This document shows positions 57,786 to 64,000 of a stretch of 64,000 nucleotides of DNA, piece after piece. Numbering within the stretch: position 1 is the first letter of the stretch; each line of letters opens with the position of its first letter. Origin of the DNA: Escherichia coli (GTDB lineage: Bacteria; Pseudomonadota; Gammaproteobacteria; Enterobacterales; Enterobacteriaceae). Both the position numbers and the translations under genes were made by a program. Below the pieces are notes generated by a model, which saw only the letters and a program-made list of their open reading frames with translations, did not search any database and was not told the DNA's origin. The stretch is taken from NCBI RefSeq assembly GCF_003018255.1, contig NZ_CP027440.1; one strand, given 5' to 3'.

Positions 57786-58080
57786 GTTGACCTCATTTGC
57801 CCTTAACGCCGGGTCGCGGAACTAAAAACCTGCTGCGCTGTTATACAAAGTGTTCCCGCCGTCATGTTCATACGCCTCGGGCTGGCTACTTAACCCCTGA
57901 CCACTGCCTGGTAACTCGAAGTATTGCCTGGCGTTCTGTGGGGCGGGGTGGGTTGGTGATATAATGTACCTGCTGTTCATTAATGTAAAGTACTTTTAGT
58001 ACATTTTTGTGAGAGGTAAAATATCAGGAGGGGATGAGAGGAGCATAAACCCGGAGGGAAGCTACCGGATTTATGCAGAT

Positions 58081-58500
58081 TCAGGAGGCTTTTTGTTTTT
58101 TCTTTCGCGCTAATTCTTCATAAATTGCGTTGTACTTCTGTTTTTTCTCCTCAAGAGTTTTTAAAAGTTCATCAGTTTCACTGTCAGGGAGTTCATCAAG
58201 AAGTTCAATGATGATTTTTTGCTTCGGACTTAACTCCTGATAGAAACGCAGGCTTCCGCTTTCTTCAGTGTCCTCCCCCAGAAGGTAAGTTGGTGTTGTT
58301 CCGATAAGTGCTGCCAATTCTTTCAGTTTCTCTCGACGGGGAATTGCCTCTCCATTAAACCATTTACTAACCGCTTTGGGTGTTAGCTTCATTCGACGGG
58401 CAATTTCTGCCTGCCTTCCGTGTTGTTCAAAGCCAGCATTTTCACAGGCTAGCGCAAGCCTGCTGGCGAACTCTTTACGCGCTTCATCTTCATGAACCAT
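58081..58500 (-). CDS. Prophage repressor (CI functional analogue, XRE-type HTH, no S24 peptidase domain)
   Basis: ORF track 139 aa; HTH region RRMKLTPKAVSKWFNGEAIPRREKLKELAALIG; divergent from a cro-like gene; acidic C-terminal half. Confidence 0.75.
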   Translation of the reverse strand: MVHEDEARKEFASRLALACENAGFEQHGRQAEIARRMKLTPKAVSKWFNGEAIPRREKLKELAALIGTTPTYLLGEDTEESGSLRFYQELSPKQKIIIELLDELPDSETDELLKTLEEKKQKYNAIYEELARKKKQKAS

Positions 58501-58579
58501 AAGTTCAATGATATTTGCTATTGAATGTACTGTCAGTTCTGTTATATTGTGTACTCAAAGTTCACATTGTGAGGGTGAT
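58501..58579. promoter_or_regulatory. Divergent promoter/operator region of the immunity module (pRM-like and pR-like)
   Basis: Palindrome TTCAAT-N10-ATTGAA at 58504-58525; + strand -35 ttgaat (58521-26) and -10 tatatt (58543-48); minus strand -35 ctgaca and -10 tatcat placing the start within a few nt of the repressor ATG (leaderless). Confidence 0.55.
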
Positions 58580-58846
58580 ATGAGCCATACAACACTTGCA
58601 GATGTAATCAAAGCAGTTCGCGTTTCTGTTGTAGCCGATGTTTGCGGTGTCAGCCAAAGAGCAATCTACAAATGGATGAATAATGGAAAATTACCGCGCA
58701 CAGAATATACAGGCGAAACAAATTACGCTGAAAAAATTGCTCTGGCATCAAACGGATTATTTTCTGCTGATGCGGTTTTGACTATTGGCAGGATTAAGCC
58801 TACAGCGAATGAATCACTGGCGGTGAACAATGAAAATCACCCCTGA
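58580..58846 (+). CDS. Cro-like HTH regulator (YdaS-like)
   Basis: Internal ATG of ORF 58508..58846 with SD gagggtg; HTH ADVCGVSQRAIYKWMNNGKLP; divergent from the repressor. Confidence 0.7.
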   Translation: MSHTTLADVIKAVRVSVVADVCGVSQRAIYKWMNNGKLPRTEYTGETNYAEKIALASNGLFSADAVLTIGRIKPTANESLAVNNENHP

Positions 58847-59381
58847 ACAGGTTTGTGAGGCTCTGGATGCCTGGGTATGCCGACCAGGAATGACACAGGA
58901 GCAGGCGACGATATTAATCACGGAAGCATTCTGGGCTCTGAAAGAACGCCCGAACATCGATGTTCAACGCGTCACGTTTAATGATGGCGAGGTTGATCAA
59001 CGGGCGCTGGGCGTTAATCGAGTGAAGATATTCGAACGCTGGAAGGCTATCGACACCAGGGATAAGCGTGAAAAATTCACGGCGCTGATTCCGGCAATTA
59101 TGGAGGCTATCCGGGTAAGTGATTTCAGGTTGTATTGTGAAATTACTGACGGAAAAAGCATTACGTACATGATCGCCGGGTTAAACAAAGAGTATGGCGA
59201 TGTGGTGGAGTCCGGGCTGCTTTTTGCGGATCCAGTTGTTGTGGAACGTGAGACTGATGAGCTTATAGAAAAAGCCATTGCTTTCAAGCGTGCGTATCGT
59301 CAGCAATACCAACATTACTTTGCAGATAAACAAATATCTGTCTGGGGTTCGTATGAGTATCGATGCACTACGATGGGCTAA
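58830..59381 (+). CDS. Hypothetical protein in the CII position of the early-right operon
   Basis: ORF track 183 aa; overlaps the cro-like gene end by 17 nt; family not recognised. Confidence 0.6.
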   Translation: MKITPEQVCEALDAWVCRPGMTQEQATILITEAFWALKERPNIDVQRVTFNDGEVDQRALGVNRVKIFERWKAIDTRDKREKFTALIPAIMEAIRVSDFRLYCEITDGKSITYMIAGLNKEYGDVVESGLLFADPVVVERETDELIEKAIAFKRAYRQQYQHYFADKQISVWGSYEYRCTTMG

Positions 59382-60390
59382 AAAGGTGAAAACCGGCAGT
59401 TCATCCAGTAAGTCAGTATTGACCTGGCTTGCTGATATGTGCGGTGCCGATTTGTGCGCATACCCGTCTATATCTGCACTGGCAGAAGTAACGGAACTGA
59501 ACAAAAAGACTGTGCAGGACAGTTTACGACACCTGATGGAGATTGGGTTAATTGTTGATACTGGTGAGAGAAAAGGCAGAACAAAGCAAATTGTGGTGTA
59601 CCGACTTATCGGTGTAGAAGAAAGTGTTGCCGAGCCTGAATACACCCAAAAACGGGAGTCTTTAAAGGTGGGTAAAATTGGTACTGTTAATAAAAATAGT
59701 ACCGAAAATGGTTATGTTTCAGCACAAAACAGACCCAAAAACGGAACTCTTAGCTGCATGGAAAATAACCAAAGACACCCAAATTTTCCATCAAAGACAC
59801 CCAAAAACGGATCACGGAACCCAAAGGAACCCAAAGATCTAAACCCCACACATAACGCACGCGAGAGTGCTCCGACCAGTGAGCAGGAAGTTTTGTCGTT
59901 ACAGGCAGCGCCCCCTGTATTCTTGGATGGCCTGAGCGAACCCATCGGGAAATTTTCGATGACTACTGTCTGGCAGCCGTCGCTGGATTTTCGACAACGG
60001 GCAGTAGTGTGGGGTATGGCTCTGCCTGAGCCGGAATTTACACCTGCTGAGCTTGCCGCATTCCGGGATTACTGGATGGCGGAGGGGAAGGTTTTCACGC
60101 AGGTTCAGTGGGAGCAGAAATTTGCCCGTCACGTGCAGCACGTCAGGGCACAGGTAAAACCAGTCAGCAAGGGGGTAAGCCATGCAGCATCAGGTGGCAC
60201 GGCATCACGGGCAGTTCAGGAAATCCGGGCAGCACGCGAACAGTGGGAACGTGAAAACGGATTTATCAGCAACGGAAACGGCCTGGAAGCTGTGGGAGCT
60301 TATGGGGGAGGTGTATTCGAACCGCTGGACTCAGAAGAATGGGGCCGCACCTTCGAAGCTCTGGATTGCCCAGATTGGTGCGATGACTGA
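59353..60390 (+). CDS. Phage replication initiation protein (lambda O functional position; HTH N-terminus)
   Basis: Internal ATG 59353 of ORF 59278..60390 with SD gggg; N-terminus MSIDALRWAKKVKTG... typical of phage replication-initiator HTH domains. Confidence 0.65.
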   Translation: MSIDALRWAKKVKTGSSSSKSVLTWLADMCGADLCAYPSISALAEVTELNKKTVQDSLRHLMEIGLIVDTGERKGRTKQIVVYRLIGVEESVAEPEYTQKRESLKVGKIGTVNKNSTENGYVSAQNRPKNGTLSCMENNQRHPNFPSKTPKNGSRNPKEPKDLNPTHNARESAPTSEQEVLSLQAAPPVFLDGLSEPIGKFSMTTVWQPSLDFRQRAVVWGMALPEPEFTPAELAAFRDYWMAEGKVFTQVQWEQKFARHVQHVRAQVKPVSKGVSHAASGGTASRAVQEIRAAREQWERENGFISNGNGLEAVGAYGGGVFEPLDSEEWGRTFEALDCPDWCDD

Positions 60391-60844
60391 ACAGCAAATC
60401 CGTCTGGTCTGCCGTCAGTGCATGGACCGCTGCCGGGCGGGTGAAACGTGGCCCCCGGACCTGGCTGAGTTTGTTGCGCTGATTTCGGAGAGTGGGGCAA
60501 ATCCATTTGGTCTTACGGTGGATGCCGTGATGGAAGAGTACCGGCGCTGGCGCAATGAATCCTGGCGATACGACGGGAGTGATAAATACCCGTGGCCACA
60601 GCCTGTGCTGTACCACATCTGCCTCGAAATGCGTACCAGAGGGATTGAGCGCCAGATGACGCAGGGTGAGTTAAAACGACTTGCGGAACGGCAACTGACG
60701 AAATGGGCAAAGCATGTTGGTAACGGGATGAGTGTTCCGCCAGTGCGACGACAACTGGAAGGGGCGAAACACCCGAAAGGGCCAACGCCAATTGAACGGC
60801 TGAAACAGGAATACGAACGCCGGAAGGCTGCTGGTTTTGTTTGA
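60182..60844 (+). CDS. Lambda P-like replication protein (helicase loader)
   Basis: ORF track 220 aa; segments WIAQIGAMTEQQIRLVCRQ, PDLAEFVALI, YPWPQPVLYHI, MTQGELKRLAERQL parallel my memory of lambda P; ATG 60182 has SD aagggggt. Alternative starts 60302 or 60383. Confidence 0.6.
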   Translation: MQHQVARHHGQFRKSGQHANSGNVKTDLSATETAWKLWELMGEVYSNRWTQKNGAAPSKLWIAQIGAMTEQQIRLVCRQCMDRCRAGETWPPDLAEFVALISESGANPFGLTVDAVMEEYRRWRNESWRYDGSDKYPWPQPVLYHICLEMRTRGIERQMTQGELKRLAERQLTKWAKHVGNGMSVPPVRRQLEGAKHPKGPTPIERLKQEYERRKAAGFV

Positions 60845-60877
60845 ATCTGGGAAACGATTTTGTCGGAGGAAATTTTA

Positions 60878-61594
60878 ATGGAAACCGTATTTGACGCACT
60901 GAAAGCACTGAAAAGAGCCTCTTCACAGGTAGTGGCGGCCCGCCTTGGAATCAGCCGTGAAGATGCGGTCAACGAACTGTGGAAACTGAAGCGCCGTGGT
61001 GAAGCGGATAACAAGGGGTCGATGTGGTGGCTGACTCAGGCAGGTGAAAGTGAACCAGTGTCACCGGTACCGAAAGTGACAGCGCAAATGCTGACTGAGG
61101 CGATTGAACAACATGGCCCACAAACGGCGGATGAGCTGGCACTTATGTTCGGGATTACCTCCCGCCGGGCGAATTCATCGCTGGCCATGGCAATCAGCAA
61201 AGGGCGTCTGATTCGCGTAAATCAGGGCGGTAAATTTCGTTACTGCATACCGGGCGCTGATTTACCGGCAGAGCCGGAAGCTGCATCCGTAGCGGAAACC
61301 GATGGTAAAGCCTTTCCTCAGCCAGCAGGTGTTGCGTTACCAGTCCAGGAAACGACGACACAGGAAGAAATGAAAACAGAAATCGTGGAAGACATTGTGA
61401 AGTTACAGCCATCGGTCACCGAAACGAAAGCAGATGACCTGATTCTACCATCGCTGCATGTGGCTAACCGCGAGCTGCGCCGGGCAAAAGGTCAGGTTCA
61501 GAAGTGGGAGCGAGTCTGCGCCGCGCTGCGGGAGCTGAACAAGTGCCGGGATATTCTCCGGGATATTACCGCCACCAGAGAACAGCAGCGGTGA
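60878..61594 (+). CDS. Hypothetical prophage protein with two winged-helix-like segments
   Basis: ORF track 60860..61594; ATG 60878 preceded by SD ggagga at 7-nt spacing. Confidence 0.6.
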   Translation: METVFDALKALKRASSQVVAARLGISREDAVNELWKLKRRGEADNKGSMWWLTQAGESEPVSPVPKVTAQMLTEAIEQHGPQTADELALMFGITSRRANSSLAMAISKGRLIRVNQGGKFRYCIPGADLPAEPEAASVAETDGKAFPQPAGVALPVQETTTQEEMKTEIVEDIVKLQPSVTETKADDLILPSLHVANRELRRAKGQVQKWERVCAALRELNKCRDILRDITATREQQR

Positions 61595-61908
61595 GTGGGT
61601 GGAAGACGTGGTGCCGGGCTGAAATTCTGATACTCCGGCAGTGCGCGGGAACAATGAAGGTAAAAAGCATTGGCGCACTTATCGGACGAACTGAAGCGGC
61701 AGTGAGAACGAAGGCACGGGAGTTGGGCATCAGCATGATGTTACGTGGTGATTTTCACCCGTCGGCAAAATATTCTCAGCGTGATATTGAGCTGGCGCGG
61801 CAACTGCATCAGAGAGGCATGCAAAGAAGGGAAATTGCCAGAAAATTAGGCATGCCGCTGCGCATAGTGAATAACTACGTTTATTTCGACAGGAGGGTTC
61901 AGGCGTGA
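61591..61908 (+). CDS. Hypothetical HTH DNA-binding protein
   Basis: ORF track 61504..61908; GTG 61591 overlaps the upstream stop (GTGA); HTH-like segments [20 protein letters not shown] and [15 protein letters not shown]; start uncertain. Confidence 0.5.
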   Translation: MSGWKTWCRAEILILRQCAGTMKVKSIGALIGRTEAAVRTKARELGISMMLRGDFHPSAKYSQRDIELARQLHQRGMQRREIARKLGMPLRIVNNYVYFDRRVQA

Positions 61909-62210
61909 GGGTGAGCATTTATATCGCCGGTCCAATGACGGGATATGAAAATTTCAACCGCGAGGCGTTTCACAGGGCGGAAGAAGCACTGAAACGGGAA
62001 GGGCATACCGTTTTAAACCCGGCAGTACTTCCGGACGGGCTGACTCAGCCGCAGTACATGGATATTTGCATGGCAATGATTCGTTGTGTGGATGCGGTTT
62101 ATATGCTGAAAGGCTGGCAGCGATCGGCAGGCGCTAAGGCAGAACTGGCACTGGCGGAGAAACTGGGACATGCGGTTATTTTCCAGGAGGCAACCAGTGA
62201 GCGAAATTAA
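61905..62210 (+). CDS. Nucleoside 2-deoxyribosyltransferase-like protein (DUF4406-type)
   Basis: ORF track 101 aa; N-terminus [13 protein letters not shown]...NPA fits the Rossmann-like IYxAGP signature of that superfamily; GTG start with SD aggaggg, GTGA-coupled to the upstream gene. Confidence 0.5.
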   Translation: MRVSIYIAGPMTGYENFNREAFHRAEEALKREGHTVLNPAVLPDGLTQPQYMDICMAMIRCVDAVYMLKGWQRSAGAKAELALAEKLGHAVIFQEATSERN

Positions 62211-62359
62211 TTACCAGGAGCTACGGCAGGTGAAAGAGAAAGCATAATCCAGATCTGAATAATTAAAATCAGCACTGTAAATAAAATTTAATCCTTAACC
62301 GGAGGGATTTCTGCACCCTCAGAACATCAGGAGACCGCCAGAAAGGGCGGTAATGAAAA

Positions 62360-62728
62360 ATGACTGAATTAACAAAAGAGCAATTAATCAAAGAAGCCAA
62401 ATTAAAAATAGCGGTTGCGAAATGTTACCCTAATTCAGAGATGGCCAGGGTAGAGGGAGAGCTATTCAAAATTGCACTGGCATCGCTGGAGGCGGTTCCG
62501 GTGGCATGGCTGCATTCAGACAATGGCCTGGGTATTCCAGCAATAACCAGGAGTAAAAACGTTGCTGATAGTTGGTTATCAAAGGGCTGGTATGTTCAGC
62601 CGTTATATGTAGCCCAACCTGTACCGGTGGTGCCGGATGCTCGTCCATCTTTAAATAATGGCATTGTCGGATTTGATGAAGGCTGGAATGCCTGCCGGGA
62701 TGCCATGCTTAATGGAGATAAATCATGA
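62360..62728 (+). CDS. Hypothetical protein (122 aa), first gene of a coupled three-gene cassette
   Basis: ORF track; no recognisable motif; stop overlaps the next start (ATGA at 62725-62728). Confidence 0.6.
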   Translation: MTELTKEQLIKEAKLKIAVAKCYPNSEMARVEGELFKIALASLEAVPVAWLHSDNGLGIPAITRSKNVADSWLSKGWYVQPLYVAQPVPVVPDARPSLNNGIVGFDEGWNACRDAMLNGDKS

Positions 62729-63426
62729 TTAATCGTATCAAACTGGAGCACATCCTCGAATATGCCGGGCAGCAGAGGCATATTGGTCAGCATTGTAAAA
62801 TTCCACCAGGAGATATGGTTGAAATCATGGAGATTGCCATGCGCAAGGCTGGCAACCCTCCGGTAACTCCGGGGCGTTTGCCTGGCGGTTTCACCATTGA
62901 GGAGGCGAAGGAGTTACATGAAGACCTGGTGCGCAGCCACATAAGCAAGGCTTTAAGTGGCGAAAAGATGAAGAAGAAGGATCTCGATGCTGATTTGCGC
63001 TGGATCCATGGGGTTATAGTCCAGGCCGCTTGGTTTGTAAAAGCATCACTGGAGCAGAATGTGCTAACGGGTAACTCTCAGGTAATCCCTGATGACGGTC
63101 GCGAACAGTTTGAAACACTTATCAGGTTCCATGCAGATGATAAAAACCATGAAACATTATTGCTTCGTGCTAACGAAGGGATGAATTACCGGGATCCAAA
63201 TGTGGATTTGGCATGGATATTCTGGAAATCCAGTCGAGAGCACATATTGCCTGGAAAAAGCGACAATAATCCAGCATCAGGCGATCAGGTAAGTGAATTA
63301 ACAATGTGGGTGAAGCGGTTATCTCATTCCTTAAAAAGCGTTAATAAATCAAGCAAACTACCGGATAAAGCGATGGACTACCTGAAGCGAAACGGACTGA
63401 TAAACGAGGAGAATATTTTACGATGA
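62725..63426 (+). CDS. Hypothetical protein (233 aa), second gene of the cassette
   Basis: ORF track; SD ggaga 6 nt upstream; no recognisable motif; stop overlaps the next start (ATGA at 63423-63426). Confidence 0.65.
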   Translation: MINRIKLEHILEYAGQQRHIGQHCKIPPGDMVEIMEIAMRKAGNPPVTPGRLPGGFTIEEAKELHEDLVRSHISKALSGEKMKKKDLDADLRWIHGVIVQAAWFVKASLEQNVLTGNSQVIPDDGREQFETLIRFHADDKNHETLLLRANEGMNYRDPNVDLAWIFWKSSREHILPGKSDNNPASGDQVSELTMWVKRLSHSLKSVNKSSKLPDKAMDYLKRNGLINEENILR

Positions 63427-63506
63427 CCTGGCCTGAAGCGTTCATAACGGTAGGAATTGCAATGGCGGTGGCGCTGGTGGTGTATTCGATTTGCCGCTGG
63501 GGATAA
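63423..63506 (+). CDS. Small hydrophobic peptide (27 aa), third gene of the cassette
   Basis: Not in ORF track (<60 aa): MTWPEAFITVGIAMAVALVVYSICRWG; SD gaggag upstream; single predicted transmembrane helix. Confidence 0.4.
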   Translation: MTWPEAFITVGIAMAVALVVYSICRWG

Positions 63507-63659
63507 AAACGGTTTGCGGGGAAAGAAGAGTTAAGTAGAATTGCTGCGGGTGCTTGAGGCTGTCTGCCTCGGGCATGCCGCCGTAAGGCAGACAGAGAAA
63601 AGCCCCAGTTAACATTACGCGTCTTGCAGGACGCTTAACATTAATCTGAGGCCCAATCT

Positions 63660-63872
63660 ATGCTTCACAAACGTAGGTTAGCCTCTTACGTGCCGAAAGG
63701 CAAGGAGAAGCAGGCTATGAAGCAGCAAAAGGCGATGTTAATCGCCCTGATCGTCATCTGTATTACCGTTGTTGTGACGGCACTGGTAACGAGGAAAGAC
63801 CTCTGCGAGGTACGAATCCGAACCGGCCAGACGGAGGTCGCTGTCTTCGTAGACTACGAATCTGAGAAGTAA
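63660..63872 (+). CDS. mok: Mok-like reading frame (N-terminally extended frame required for hok translation)
   Basis: ORF track 70 aa MLHKRRLASYVPKGKEKQAMKQQKAM..., parallel to recalled K-12 MokC; same frame as hok. Confidence 0.5.
   Translation: MLHKRRLASYVPKGKEKQAMKQQKAMLIALIVICITVVVTALVTRKDLCEVRIRTGQTEVAVFVDYESEK
63717..63872 (+). CDS. hok: Hok/Gef-family type I toxin (HokD/RelF-like, 51 aa)
   Basis: MKQQKAMLIALIVICITVVVTALVTRKDLCEVRIRTGQTEVAVFVDYESEK is near-identical to recalled HokD/HokC; SD aaggagaag upstream of ATG 63717. Confidence 0.85.
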   Translation: MKQQKAMLIALIVICITVVVTALVTRKDLCEVRIRTGQTEVAVFVDYESEK

Positions 63873-64000
63873 GAGTGACCAAGCGAGGGAGAAATCCCTC
63901 GCCACCTCTGATGTGTCAGGCATCCTCAACGCACCCGCACTTACCCCGTTCGGCAGACTTTGTTTTTTCCTGGCATTCTGGTTTACAATTCGCACGTCAG

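Larger units (their letters stand above)
52073..64000. mobile_element. Lambdoid prophage, left arm (integration and early region); right end lies beyond the window
   Basis: int-xis-exonuclease-small early genes-repressor/cro-like pair-replication genes-hok in canonical lambdoid order, immediately after the last shared core gene ompW. Confidence 0.85.

Overview
This window is an Escherichia coli-type chromosomal segment syntenic with the K-12 prs-ompW region, followed from about 52.07 kb to the window end by the left arm of a lambdoid prophage inserted directly downstream of ompW. Core genes in order: dauA (partial), prs, ispE, lolB, hemA, prfA, prmC, ychQ, ychA, kdsA, chaA, chaB, chaC, ychN, ychO, narL, narX, narK, narGHJI, purU, ychJ, rssA, rssB, galU, hns, tdk, adhE, ychE, oppABCDF, yciU, cls, yciY, kch, yciI, tonB, yciA, yciB, yciC, ompW. 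These were recognised from the supplied ORF translations and recalled protein lengths; several starts were moved to internal ATG/GTG codons. Accessory content: one Ldr/Rdl type I toxin-antitoxin unit, three tandem tRNA-Tyr genes, an IS4 copy with a broken transposase sitting in the adhE terminator, and the prophage (int, xis, large exonuclease, small early genes, immunity region, replication genes, accessory cassette, hok-like toxin). No CRISPR array, rRNA or reverse transcriptase was seen. The best candidates for something undescribed are all in the prophage: (i) a three-gene translationally coupled cassette (62360-63506) directly upstream of the hok-like gene, in the slot relBE occupies in the K-12 Qin prophage; (ii) an opposite-strand insert between the early-left genes and the repressor (56650-57640); (iii) an 823-aa protein combining a DnaQ-like DEDDh exonuclease domain with a zinc ribbon. 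No searches could be run, so all functional calls for prophage genes are hypotheses from motifs read by eye and from gene position.
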